A stretch of 63,930 nt of DNA, filler included, from Bigelowiella natans CCMP2755 (GCA_000320545.1; 7 parts of 7 records of this genome joined end to end with filler, not necessarily neighbours in it), one strand, 5' to 3'. Counted from the first letter of the whole stretch, positions 50,540 to 63,930 are shown. Notes: generated by a model from the sequence alone, not told the origin. Numbers and translations are program-made.

Positions 50540-51924
50540 TGCGAACAATGGCAAGGCACATGATGTGCGTCTGTCTAGCTGTGTCTGACTAGCTGAGCCA
50601 GTGCTGCATGCGAACATAGAGAAGTTTGACGCAAATGAGATCAAATCGCATCATGTGTCACTACATCATTGCACCTAACTAGCTAACGCTGTGCATGCTA
50701 GCGTGGTGGCTTCTAAGCTTGAATGTACGTGCTAGCGTGTGCGCTCTCTGGCTGTCTGCACTGAAGTGTCGTGACTTCCATGCTGGCATGTCCATTTTGG
50801 ACGTGCCAATTCCAATGTCAAAGTTGCACCCACTTGCCCTGCTCTAGCTGCTGGCCGGCTGGCTTGGCGGTGTCACCCTTTGAAAGGACAAGCTAGCAAG
50901 GGTGAAAGTCAACTCTGCTAGTCTGCTGCTGCAAGGATGCAATTGGAAAGTTGATGTGCGTTCAGTGCACGTGCATGCAGATCAGACATCACACACATTG
51001 TCAACAGGCTCTAGAGGCTGGCACACTGCGCACCCAATCCAAGCAAGCAGCACTGGACTGCTGCAGCCAAGCTCTGAAGCTGGCAAGCTAGCAAGAGAGC
51101 CAGAGAGTTGAACCGTGGTGATGGTTGGCCTGGTTTAGAGCCCAGCAGCATTTGCACGGAGCCATTCAACCTCGTCCTCGTGAGAGAGTTCTTCGAACTG
51201 CTCCCTGGTGGGGGCACTTGAGTCCATCTGTGTGATTTCAACGTCTGATTCAGAGAAAAACAACCCACTTCTAGCCCCATTCTCTGTTTCTTCCTCTTGT
51301 CTTTAACCCCCCTGTTCCTCAACACATCTCTTTCTTTCTCTCTCTCTCTCTTTCTCTCTCTCGCTCTTCATGCCTCCCTCCCCCTCGAGCTGCACGCACG
51401 TTGTTTTGCATCCATGCTCAGTTCAATGTTCAATGTTCAATGTTCAATGCCCTCACCCCCCATGGGAACTTGAACTTGCCCCATCTTCATTGGGAGACTC
51501 TCGAGGAGGTCTGAAGAGAACGCTGAGGGAATTGAGAGGTGGAGGTGGCAGGAGAGTCGTGCGTTTCTGATGCTCTCTCCGAGAAAAGCCATGCCTGTTT
51601 TTAGTTCATATTTCATGCGAAAAATACCTACTATATTAAAAAGCGATTAAAACCAAAATCAGCAAAAATTGACTGTGTTGCTGTTAAGGATTTAAATTTC
51701 TATCCATTTTCATCGAAGGTTTAACCACATATTTCGAATTACTTTTGTTCAAAGAGTACGACGAACCTAGCGATGCGGGGTGCGGGGGGGAGAGGCAGGA
51801 ACCGAGAGGGGGAAGCAACCAGAGGAGTGTAGTTTCGTTTCATGCGTTGGTACACGTGAAGTCTGATGGTGTTGCATTGCATCTTCTCTCCGCTGCTAAC
51901 AGAGCAGGTCGGAGAAATAGAGAA

Positions 51925-52378
51925 ATGGGTGAAGAAGAGAAAGTGCAAGTGCCTCCCCTTCCTAAGTCAATGATCACCAGGGAAATGCTGGATTCGATGC
52001 TGCAGGGGGGCGGGCGAAGTAAGACATGCATGGAAGTTGGTAAGGAATGGTACAAGGCTACAGGAGCTTTGCTTGCATCAGATGCGCGGAAGAATGGCGT
52101 CACGTACAAATCGTACTACGAATCGGTCAGAGGAGTATTTTCGGATAATTTATCGTTTACTTGTCGGTAGCATAGTCTCTGCGTCTCTTATCCGTATTTA
52201 TCTTTATAACTTTCTCTCTCTCCTTCCCTCTATCTATCTCTCTCTCTCACTCTCGTTCTTTGTCTTATGCTGATGGTTTTCTCCATTGACGTTTTTGCTG
52301 TGCGTAGAAATATCCTCATCTGAAGGACGACTATGACCAAATCGATAAGGATCTCCCTCGATCAATGCCGAGTACTAA

Positions 52379-52425
<47 letters not shown>

Positions 52426-53211
52426 GAGAGGGTAACGCCCTTCTGCACAGTCATATACGTAATATATGTGCGTGCGGGCGTCGTGTTTGTAGTGAGCTTG
52501 TTCTGCTGCGCTGCTATTCTCCTTATCCCTGACATTAAATGCTCAATCCCGCACCTTTTTAAAACGGGGAACCCTGAGGCTTACTGCATTCCTTTAATAT
52601 ACAACCCCGACCGTCAGCCTCCTTCTCTCGCAAAGATCTCGTATCGTTTCTCACGCCACTGCACGCTACAAAGGAGGAGGAAAAGGAAAAAAAGATTTTG
52701 GACGTTCTAGGAAGGGTGCCTACTAGCATTCTTTAGTGTTGAAGATTAGGGATTTGCTGCAGAAAATTTTGAGTCAAAACGACAAATAACACAGACGTGT
52801 ATCTTCATATATTTTATGCTTATATTAAATACATTATATATACATAATATTTGCGCCTAGGTGCAGAGGGATTCATCTTAACGTGATGATTTTTCCATCA
52901 GATTTTGAGAGCCTTTGTGGTGCGAAGGCCTGCAATAGGGTATTCCCAGGTGTATAAACGACGATGTGATATCGTCGATGTTGCTTGTTTTGGGAAAAAA
53001 AGGGGGGGGGGGGGGGGAGGATGATGAATGTGTGTGTGTGTGTGTGTATTCATATTTGAGTCAGTTGGTGAATTTACGACATATGCTCATGAGCGATGTC
53101 CACACTATAGCCTTTCTCAAATCCCTCCTCCTCTTACGCAGTGATGCTGCGGCTAGTCCTTTGACGTCCAGTAACCTCGAAAAGGCGCAAAAACCGTTGC
53201 GAGATCGTCTG

Positions 53212-53245
<34 letters not shown>

Positions 53246-54175
53246 TTGTGTGTGTGTGGGGGGGGGGGTGTCTGTGTTGTGGTAGGGAATGAACTCGATC
53301 GCCTTGTTCTTGCTGGCCTTTATGGACGAGGAGAAGGTCGTTGATATAGCGCTGCACGCAACCTTGCTCATTAGCATGCGAGCGGGGGAAGGAAAAGGAG
53401 GCTACCTTCCAGTGTTGTTCTGTTCTCCCATTTAGACGCTCTCGAATGAATAGAGAATTTGTAGTCGTTTTGATGCGAGTTTGGACGCTGTTTGCGCGGG
53501 TACACACCAGGCCTTCTGGACGTTCACCTACATCATCACATCCCTCCGGACGCCGGACTTCTACAGCGGAGTGCCCTTCAACATGAGCGGTAGCGGCCTC
53601 TTGTTGTCAAAGCGGGGGCAGACCGCATGCAAAGTGCATTGTGCGCGCGGCGCTGCTGGGGGACAGCTCGACGAGAACTACATCGTCGATGATGCCTGTT
53701 TTCGGATCGCGAAGGATGTAGATCGAAACCGATCAGCAAGCGCCTTCAAACGAAGCTGCTTTGATATCTGAGAGCCATTTCCCCTTTCATATTTCCGTTG
53801 GCCCAAAACGAGGGGAAGGGGCGGGGAGTGCGGGGGGTGAGGGGGGTGAGGGGCGAGCTTGACGTATGCATGTGAAGAGAAAGTACGTTGTTGGGAGACT
53901 CTGTCGCATGCTGACTGCTTTGTGGGCGGGGGCGAATGCATGTGGAAACAGGCCTCCGGGTGGCCGTATCGTGCGTGCAGTCGCTTGCAGAGAAGCGGAA
54001 AAGCATCTCGAAGAAAACTGATGGAAAGTTAGCAGATGAGGTCCGGTGGCGGTGGTGCGCGTTGCTTCTTTTTGTGCGGTGTTACATTGATCAGGTGTAT
54101 GGGTTGTTGTGCAGTCTAAATATGACTGTGATGGGTGTATGCGTAATCTTTATGCCTCCGTTTCCCCGCCTCTCT

Positions 54176-54235
<60 letters not shown>

Positions 54236-54291
54236 TATTCTCTCTTATTCTCTCTCCCCCTCGCTGTGACCGTGTGTCTGTCTGTGTATGT

Positions 54292-54325
<34 letters not shown>

Positions 54326-55840
54326 ATTGCAGTTCCAAAACTAGAGTTTTATCACAAAACCTTGACGACTTTTTGCTGTATCTTGTGAATAGTTTTTATT
54401 TCAATTTTTACTTTTTTCCTTCAGGCCTCTCTCCCACCCCCCCTCCTCCCCTCCCTTGACTAATTGCTTTCTCGTTTTCCCTTCGCTTGCCTACAACCGT
54501 ACAGGGTATGACATCTGCGCAGCTGATTAAGATGATGAGCTTTCCTGGTAGCAGCTTCGACTGATTGTGAAATGACGCAAGCATCAGCATTTGTATCATT
54601 GCGTGTGTGGATGTGTTCTGAATTCGGTGTTTTTTTTCGCCATGTCGGTACCATCATTACCAATATCATCACCACGCATCATCATCATCAGTCATCATCA
54701 TCATCATCATCATCATCATCAGTCATCATCACCATCATCATCAGTCATCATCATCCTCATATTCATGTTCATGTCCGTAGTATTGGCGGTCCTCTTTGTC
54801 GACTACGCGCCTCTCCTCCCCTTGATTCTCTACTGGGATGCCTTTCTCCGAGGAAGAATGGGGTGGGGCCGCCACGGAATAAACTAACAAATACCAACCA
54901 ACATATATACGAGCATATGCTGATGTTTGTGTGTGTGTGAGTATGTGTGTGCGTGTGTAGGTATTTCATATGATAGACGAAAATACTGATCCAACGTTAT
55001 AGAACATGTATAGATATATTACATATTTGCGTATTTATGTAACCGAGACATATGTACCATACAAAAGCTGATTTTTGTTTTTATACCTTCCTCGGCCTTA
55101 CATCGGGCCCTTCAATCCCCAACTCAAATGCACACCATCCACTGAAACGACGCCAACTATGACGTCCTCCTCCGCCCCGACAGAGACGATGCGTCAATAC
55201 TAATGGTAACGACAACGCCCACCACTAGCTCTGCTCACATGTCTTTTCAATAGTAACATCGTAGAAGCAATGACGCTGTGCATTTGCCACGTGAAGGCAT
55301 TGGCTGCGATTGAGAATGGGGAAGAGGCGACTTCCGGAAACGACGGGGACGATGACGAGTCAGGCGGCTCGCTCACACGTCGGTTTACCAGTAAAGGTAA
55401 AAACAGCGAGAATCTACCAGTCCCATGTGAAATAGCAGTGGAGAGTCGAGCAAGGGATTGGCTGATGTATTAGATTACATGCATTTGTGTATTTACGTGA
55501 ATGGATGGAGCTGCCCTTGCATGCATGCAGGCTATCACGTTGACCTTGAGAGGACAAATGCGGTCTTCCAAAACTTGAAGCAGCACCAGCAGGACCAGCA
55601 CCACGGTCAATGCACACACACACACACAAACACAACACAGATATGCTGATATGATGCCACCCACTTCAACATTGCTCCAACCCTCTCCACCCCCCACGCT
55701 ACTTCCAATGTAACTAAACAGCAGAGAAAGAGAGCAAATCGAAAACAGGGAAGAATGTCAAAGACTGGCCGAGTCGAGAGGATATCAAAACGCAGCTGTG
55801 CGCGTCACAGCAAGCCTGTGCAAGGGAGATGGCGAGTGAA
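51925..55840 (+). CDS. TBC-domain Rab GTPase-activating protein, multi-exon (3' end uncertain)
   Basis: QIDKDLPRS (IxxDxxR arginine finger) and ILRAFVVRRPAIGYSQ|GMNSIALFLLAFMDEEK|AFWTF (YxQ glutamine finger). Confidence 0.88.
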
Positions 55841-55950
55841 GGTGGACACTTGAAAGCCCGCTAGGAGACAAAATGTTACGTTAGTAGGGAGCGAGTTTGC
55901 ATAGGGCAAAAGTGCAGTTTGGTTGGGTTTTGTTGGGACTGTTTCGAACG

Positions 55951-55989
<39 letters not shown>

Positions 55990-56195
55990 TGTCTCTCTCT
56001 TTCCCTGTCTCTCTCTTTCTCTCTCTCTCTCTCGTTCTCTTCTCCCTCTCTCCCTTTCTAAGTCATCTCATCTAAGGTTGTGCTGCTGCGCGTTGTTTCC
56101 CATGTACGTAGGCAGCGACTACTAAATTACATATTTTATGCTGTTAAATAATATATTTATATTTATTTATTATTTATATTGCACAATACATGTTT

Positions 56196-56225
<30 letters not shown>

Positions 56226-56232
<7 letters not shown>

Positions 56233-56447
56233 CATATATTCGCACTTACAGGTCACCACCTCTATGCTGTCATCAAGGCGACTAGCATTTCACCTGGGTT
56301 ATGCCTGCTTTCATTTCACTAAGATGCATGTGGTTTTGCACGCTGCGAAGCTATGGCCTGATGAAACAGCAGCCAATTTCAATTCCCAATGACGGAGAGG
56401 ACTAATAGTGACGTCAAGATCTGAAATATCACCACACACACACACAC

Positions 56448-56484
<37 letters not shown>

Positions 56485-56718
56485 TATATAATATGTGTGT
56501 GTGTGTGTGGTGATATTTCAGATCTTGACGTCACTATTAGTCCTCTCCGTCATTGGGAATTGAAATTGGCTGCTGTTTCATCAGGCCATAGCTTCGCAGC
56601 GTGCAAAACACATGCATCTTAGTGAAATGAAAGCAGGCATAACCCAGGTGAAATGCTAGTCGCCTTGATGACCAGCAATAGAGGGTGGTGACCTGTAAGT
56701 GCGAATATATGTAAATAT
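56226..56718. repeat. Near-perfect long palindrome with arms of about 230 bp around a (TA)n centre
   Basis: 56226-56455 is the reverse complement of about 56487-56718, with small indels; it ends at a gap. Confidence 0.9.
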
Positions 56719-56818
56719 NNNNNNNNNNNNNNNNNNNNNNNNNNNNNNNNNNNNNNNNNNNNTTAATTAATTAANNNNNNNNNNNNNNNNNNNNNNNNNN
56801 NNNNNNNNNNNNNNNNNN

Positions 56819-57481
56819 CCCCCCCCCCCCCGACCATACGGACAGGAATCTTTTCGACTCGCCGCGGAAGGCTGGGCAGGTAACCCCCGTAGCTCTGCTG
56901 CCCCAAAGAGGGTGCAAAATGAAGAGGACCAAGAAGGAGAACCCGTGAGTACCCGCCAGGGAAAAGGGCACGGGGAAGACCTCATCCACGGGGCCCATCG
57001 ATGATTCAGCATCGAGCCGAACGCAAGGGATGGCGTTGATCGTAAGCAGCAGCTGGCTAGCGATGGTGGGACGATATATAACCAGGAATATTCTTCTTCC
57101 TTCTTCTCCTTCTTCTTCTTTTTGAAATATTGCAGCTTATAATATCAGTGTATGTGCATTTCGCATCATCACCACTGAGTATTACGGTACTCACCACGTA
57201 TAATAATAATCATCATCGTCATCATTCATCATCCCCCCCTCCCCCCCTTATCAAAGTCCCGATACGCCCCAGCGACGATTCTTTGATTGGGAGCCGTGAG
57301 CAGTCCAGAAACGAGGCGATAGAGTCATCTGCAGTGATGATGGCACCGACGACGTCAGGTCCGAGTGAGAACGAGAACCATGCCTATGTTTTCCATGCTG
57401 AAAACAGCAAGATCATGATTGTAGCAGATCAGCACTGTGAAAAGAAAATGAGTCTCTTCCCCTTTCTATCTGCCTCTCTCT

Positions 57482-57521
<40 letters not shown>

Positions 57522-58352
57522 CCCTTTACTAAAATGATGGGGTAGTAGACGGGAGGAACTCTCTGTCGTTAGAATCCAAGCGCCATGCCACTGCCCTCTC
57601 CCATGCGTTATTGGAGTCGGTAAGGATATTGTTCGTTCTTCTAGACTACTTTCTTCATAGCCGCCTCCTCCTCGCTATCCTTCCTATACTCCTCCTCGCT
57701 CGCATCTTCATCGCCGTCCATCATCAGTCATCGATCACTGTCATTTTCATACAGGCTCTAAACCAGGCGGCGCCGCGAGAGGGGGGGCGTGGCCGACGAA
57801 ACGTTGCACGAGGAGCCGCATCATCACAATCGGAAGCAATGGCAAAACAGCTGCGAGATACGATTCTGGCCGAATGGTACTACATGAGTCCTTTACCTCT
57901 CGCTGATGCCAAGGCTGCCGCGGCTATGCGGTATAGCAAGAGGAGCGACAACGATGAGGTTTCCCGCGCCCCCTCTCCCACCGCGTCTTTGCTCCCGAAA
58001 CAGCGCCTCTGCGTCCCAATCCCCAAGTCCACGACGGTGGCGATAAACCTTGGCCACAACTCGAGATATCAGTGGATGCTGCAGGCAGCGAGGGCGGGGA
58101 GTGTGGTCCTGTCGCCCTCGCGCGCGTCGCTCTTCGCCGTTGAGTTCGCCAATGATTCATCTGGGCGGCTCACGATGAAGACCCGGTGCGATGGAGGAGG
58201 CGCCGTTGCTGCTCCTTCGGCCTCGACGAAGTTCCACTATCTACAATCGTCCACTGGATCTCTGCATGTGTCTAGTGAAGTCTACGCCGAGCATGAGCCC
58301 AGCAACGATAGATCCCTCTTCTACTTGTAATAATATCATTTTGATGACACCG

Positions 58353-58385
<33 letters not shown>

Positions 58386-59916
58386 GTGATGGTGATGTGG
58401 ACAAGGACGACGACTCACGATTCTGGGTGCACAATCTATGTGAGCATAAGTTTTCTTCCCTCCTCCCTTATGCTGTCACCGGCATCATCGTAGATGATCA
58501 CTTTGCTCTCTATCTGCCCTGCCTACTCTTAATTGCGTTTGTGTGTTCACGATTTGCTAACTCCTTGCTCCGCCCCGCCCTCCCCCCCTTTCCCTATCGA
58601 ATAGATACCCGCCAGGGAAGGCTGCGATTGACGGGGGGGGATATGGTTGCTTAAAGAAGCTACCACACCTGCCGTCCTCCTCCGCCACAGAGAAAAGGAG
58701 AAAAAACAAGGGCATGGACAAAGACAGCAAAGGAGATGAATGGAAGCTGCGTCTTACCTCCCCAGGGAAAGAGGGGCTTGGGCAGCAGGCCCTGCCAGCA
58801 GATGGGGTGAGGCGAGCGCCCCTCGACGCCTCCACGCAGCCCGAGAACGAAGAAGAGCGGCTCCTCCTGGGCAATATTGACCCGGAAGACATGTGAGTTG
58901 GGATGGGGACGATGACGATGATGACGATGACGATGATGATTGATGATGATTGATGATGATAACTGATGCTCCCATGGCCTTCGGGCAACCTTTCGTTCCT
59001 ACACTTCCCCTCTCCCCCCCTCCCTCCCTATATGTCAGAGGCCGGCTGCGCATCCCCGTATGCATTCGTTCCGCGGGGAGGCGAAACCAGAAAGGCCCCT
59101 TCCTCTCTCCGATCGACGACGGTCGGGTGCGCTGCGACGCAAAGGCCAACGCAAAGCCATCCACACGGGACATTTTCCGCCTCATTTATGTTGGGAGTAG
59201 CAGCAGCAGCAGCGGCGGCAATAATAACAACAACAACAGCGATGATAATCTCGACGAGAAGGAGAGCGGCAATGGCACGAGGGGGGGGCAGCAGCAGCAG
59301 CAGCACTGGTTCAAGATATGGACACCGTCTAATGGGGGACGCTATTTGCACGTACTCACCGAGAAGGAGGTAGGAAACGTCGTGTTGTGTGTGTGAGTGT
59401 GAGTGTGTGTAAGTGAGGAAGTGCCAATGTAAATATGTGTGCGCATGGGCGCATTGGAAAGATGAAGAGATATATCTTCTCTCCTCCTGCAGCTCTTAGC
59501 TCCTCGTTCTCGTACTCGCCACGAAAGAACTCATTTCCCATCCCCCCCCCCCTCCCCTCCCCACCTGCAACAGGTAACTCCGCCCCGGTACTACCTGAGC
59601 AATAAGAACGGCTGCAGTGATTCCTCGTCAGCAAGAGTCTCCCACACGCCACGCCGCATCTACGTCAGCACGCCGCGCGCTACTATAAATCTCCCCGTTG
59701 TCACTACTTCCGGAGAGGGGGGCAGTATGAAGGAGGAGAAGCTCTTTGTAAAGACCCAAACTCCTCGTCCTTCGCGCCATGTGTGCTTGGGGACTGGTGC
59801 TGACGAGAGGTTCCTGTGGACAATACGAGAGCGATCTGGTGGGTGGTGGCCGCCTTGTCGTCGTCAATGTTTTCGCGATGTGAATTGTGATGGTGATGCG
59901 GCTGTGGATGAGATGA

Positions 59917-59951
<35 letters not shown>

Positions 59952-60292
59952 ATTTTCCTACATCAACGTCATATCATCGCCATCATCATTTTCTTCTTCT
60001 TCTTGTTCTTCGTGCGTATAGATCCTAGAGGGGCCATTTCACTATCCATCCAGTCGGAGATCACCAAGCAGTACCTTGTCGCAACGTACAGAGGACTAGG
60101 AGGAGGCTCTCCCCCCCCCTACCAGCGATGGTGAAGGAGGGAAAGGTAATGATCTAAACAGCTTTCCATCAAATATTAGCTGAGACGGATAGATGATGAT
60201 GATGGCCGCCGCGTGTTTTGCGTGTCGCAGGCATGATGCTCGATGACAACGATGATGGCGGGAACTTCGATCCCGACGACGACAAATTGTAT
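56819..60292 (+). CDS. Internal part of a multi-exon gene with fascin/beta-trefoil-like segments
   Basis: Exons FAVEFAN..RLTMKT..FHYLQS, GPFLSPIDDGRVRCDA...DIFRLIY, WFKIWTPSNGGRYLHV, ERFLWTI and LSIQSEITKQYLVA. Both ends lie at gaps. Confidence 0.5.
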
Positions 60293-60392
60293 NNNNNNNN
60301 NNNNNNNNNNNNNNNNNNNNNNNNNNNNNNNNNNNNTTAATTAATTAANNNNNNNNNNNNNNNNNNNNNNNNNNNNNNNNNNNNNNNNNNNN

Positions 60393-61462
60393 GGAATTGT
60401 GGAGGAGGAAGAGAAGATGCTGCTGATGCTGCTAACGCTGCTGCTGCTGCTGCTGCTGCGAAGGAGGAGGGGGGGGAGGAGTTGTGGCATTTAAGGAAGA
60501 GATGAAATATCTCACCATCCCCATCTTGAAGAAATAGGAAAGGGGCCTATAGTAAGGCGGAGTGGGGCCATTGCAGCAGAAGTAGCAGCAGTAGCAGCAG
60601 TAGCAGCAGAGAGAAACAATGAGGGGCTTGGATGGTGGTGGTGGTGGTGGTGGTGGTGATGATAAAAATGAGTGTTGGTGGAGTTCGTGAGAATGCATGA
60701 AAATGGGGAAAGATGCACAAGAAGGGATTTATCTTTGGACGTAGTAATCCTACCGTCATCATCATCCTCACATCATCATCATCATCATCATTGAATGCTA
60801 CTACTAGTAACAAAGAGCCATGGTACATGGTCTTATCAGGCTCGAGGGTGACGTCCAATAGAACGAGTCGTCCCACCATCGAGGGAAACCTACCGATTTT
60901 ACAACAAAATAACAAACAACAAACAACAACAACAACAACAACACACAGCTCATTCATCTAAGAGCACCCGCGCACACAAGAGACATACGATTCCCTAGGT
61001 TTTGACAAATGATGCATACAACTCTGTAGCGCAAATCTTACGACAGAAAACATCGATTCATCATCATCAGCAGCAGCATCAGCAGCAGCAGCTGCTGATT
61101 CGGTAGCAACATACAAAGACTAATGCCCTTCAATCGTATCTACCTATATGCGAAGAGGTGAGCGAGAACAGACCCCCAATCATGCCCGACGACGATCGGA
61201 GCTCTGATAAAGAAAAAAAACACGCCGACGCTAAGCCCACTGCCGCTGCTGCTTCTTTCACTATTTCCCCCCCTTTCTTATTGAAATATCATCCTTCTCA
61301 AAAGTAGTGCTTTGGTCCATGAACGTGATCACAAACGTACTGCTTGCTGCCGGTCTCGCCCCCCTCAACGACGCCTTTGATCGTGACCAGGATGCACTCC
61401 ACTAACTGAGTTCGTGGTAGCAGTACCGAGAAGAAGACAGTAATCAGCGAATGGAAGGATCA

Positions 61463-61496
<34 letters not shown>

Positions 61497-62900
61497 GCAC
61501 ATACACACGCGCACGCGCAACTTTAGGTAGATTTGTACTTCGTCGCAGTCGTATCCCCATGAGTTCTCCCCCCTCGGGCTTTCAGGCTATGTACACACAG
61601 AGATGTGATGGCGAGGATGGCGGTGGGGGTGCTTTGTGAATTACGATTATGCAAATACATCGAATTGGAGGGGGAAACGAATGTGCTAGTGAGCGTATGT
61701 TTGATGGATGATAATAACAGGCAATCGGTGTTGGCCGTTTGTCGTCTTAGTGAGGAGGTTTGTAGTTGATTTTCTTCTTCTTCGCCCCCCCCCCCCCTCC
61801 CCTGTCTATTACGTGGTGCTGGGGGAGGTCAATGGTAACGACGCGATACCTCTCCTCGAATGCAGCAACCTTAGAATTGATGGTGTATCATCATCGTATG
61901 AAAACCCACTTTCTTGGTAACACAAGAACGCCACACACACACACACACAAACACACAGCACGTTCGCGCGCGTAATGGACACATGCGTGGGCGTGCTTGT
62001 ATTTCACAAAAGCAGCGACAACTGCTGCTGCTACTGCTGCTACTACTTAGTAATAGCACCGACATTTTCTTTCCAAACTTCCGAGCAGTCTGGCCACCCG
62101 TGGATCAGCACCATCACCTGCCAATGGCCAGAACGATAGGACGGGATAAGACGGCAGAAGTCCAAAATATCTAGGTAGCATTTGCGGGCCTATCTCTTGG
62201 CGTTTGCCGACCTGCCCATCTATCTTCCCGGTGATAGTAGTGCGTAGCGGAAAGGCCTAGTCAGACGGTTGCACCACATAAATAATGAGGAAATGGATTA
62301 TTTAATAGATCGAGGCAGAAAGTATTCGAAAATATTCTCAAAGCCCGATGGCCGTTGAAGGCGAGAGTGGCCAGCAGGTAAACACGTTGCATGCGCTGTA
62401 TACCTTAAACGGTTTCTTGCTCAGATACGATATCGTCAGAAGAACGCCTATCACTGAGGAAACCTGTGCGAGAGAGAAGGCTCTGAACGTCAGCATTACC
62501 ACAGGCTGGTCACATTGTTTACGAATCACCAGAATCGTTGTTATCGGCTGCAAAAGCAGGGAGCATCCATAGCACGCCAAAACCACCAGGAAGTTGTATG
62601 GGTACTGAAATCAAAGCGGGAACTCGTCAGTTGGTATCGCAATTTCTCACGCGCCCGGTCCCATTAAATCTCTGCACTACCGAGATCGAAGTGGCGGGCA
62701 AAAGCAACCAAGCGAATGGAACCTGTATTTCGCCACGCCCGCGGTGTCAATAACAAGTACCGAAGGATCAGTAAAAGGGAGTCGGAAGAACAAGTCTAGA
62801 CGATATCACGAGATATAAAACAAATGACTGTGGCTCTGAGGAAGAGGGGGGCCATGGCTTTGCAATGTACTCGAAACCCATTGAAACCGCATATTCGGAG
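60393..62900 (-). CDS. 5' part of a probable multi-exon membrane-protein gene, unknown product
   Basis: Short AG/GT-bounded hydrophobic exons (YPYNFLVVLACYGCSLLLQPITTIL, VSSVIGVLLTISYLSKKPFK, IFWTSAVLSRPIVLAIG). Confidence 0.35.
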
Positions 62901-63930
62901 CGTTTTTTTACAAACGACACGAATAACTTTATGTCGCAATATAGAAAGTACCCGACGCAACACGATTTGAGTGGATCTACGCGCTCGTATCCCTTTCGGG
63001 AGTTTGCCAGATCCGAGCTCAAGAATTAGAAAGTTAAGTTCAGTACTTTTTCCCCTGTCTTAGAATACAAATAGCCTGTATTTTTCAGATTCGTGAACTC
63101 GGGTACCCCGCGACATCTCGCCGAACGACATCACAATCACCAAAGGATTTGTTCGATCTGGGACAAAATGTGGACGGTTCCCGTCCTCTGTTGTGCCGAA
63201 TAGGATGTCTCACGATGCGAAATTTAGAGTAAAATTGCACGTACCCCATGTCGTGATTGACAAATTGAATGTGTTAAAGAGAAAACGGAAGACTTGATGT
63301 GAGGGAATAATCTTAAAGTTGCAGATTTCTGAACGAGAGCACATCCCCCGGAGCAGGCGTCAGTGTTCCACAAGCAAACTAATCCTCAGGCCCTGGTGAA
63401 TAGAAAGTATGTCAGGCAATTCTTCGACGATGGGGTCGGCCGTCGTGATTTCCGTTCTCATGGTCATCACGGGTTCTATCAACACCATCTCCACGAAGGT
63501 GAAGTTCAGCCGGAAGATTATCCATTTTTCCGATTAGAATTACATTAAAACTGTTCTGTCATTTTCCTTGCTCTGCGCATTTCCCCTCATGATTTGCATC
63601 ACGGCCTAATTTTATGTCGTTTTTCCCACCGCGATCCTGGAATAAACATGCGTAGTGGGCGGATATCACGGAAAGTAAGGACATTCGCGGGGAAAAAACG
63701 GAGTTCAATCACCCGTTCTTCCAGGTGCAGTGAGCTTACTATCGATTTTACTTTTCTCAATAAAAATGAATCTGCATATGACATGTATTTTATACGCGCA
63801 TATTCATAAGAACAAAGGAGAGAGAGAGGGGGGGGGGGGGGGGGGGAGAGCGACGGAGCCCTTTGCACTTACAAACAGTAGACTTTTAAAAATACTCCAA
63901 TTCCTTTTCTGTATTTGAATGTGGTGTGTC

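Larger units (their letters stand above)
1..63930. repeat. Very dense microsatellites, (TA)n, (CA)n, (GA)n, trinucleotide and poly-G/C runs, mostly in introns
   Basis: Dozens of tracts of about 30-45 nt are visible throughout. Confidence 0.98.

Noticed and set aside
28656-60392. Recurring TTAATTAATTAA flanked by Ns
   Set aside because: Artificial six-frame-stop scaffold linker, identical at six gaps; not biological.
1-63930. Many 60-150 aa ORFs with YIYIYI, THTHTH, ERERER or SLSLSL tracts
   Set aside because: Translations of intronic microsatellites.
1-63930. Uniform 30-45 nt length of microsatellites
   Set aside because: Probably capped by read or k-mer length in assembly; cannot be treated as biology.

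Overview
Eukaryotic nuclear DNA from a gene-dense, intron-rich protist or alga. Introns are short GT-AG introns full of microsatellites; a chlorarachniophyte-like source is my inference and cannot be proven here. It is a draft scaffold with six artificial 100-nt N44-TTAATTAATTAA-N44 gap spacers. Manual splicing recovers a histidine phosphatase (PGM-like), an intronless CHAT caspase-like protease fused to a STAND NTPase, a PARG/macrodomain-like ASQFN-family protein, an inward-rectifier K+ channel, LSM4, the 3' end of PRMT5, ankyrin proteins, a KDEL-ending PDI-like protein, a TBC Rab-GAP and the 5' end of a Ty1/copia retrotransposon. The most striking signal is not a gene. Non-promoter intergenic domains have lost TpA by TA->TG/CA conversion: there is no TA in 1524 nt at 15181-16704 while CpG is kept. 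CTAG is selectively spared, and a fossil (TA)22 microsatellite and local duplicates record the conversion directly. This looks like a domain-targeted A->G hypermutation process running opposite to fungal RIP.
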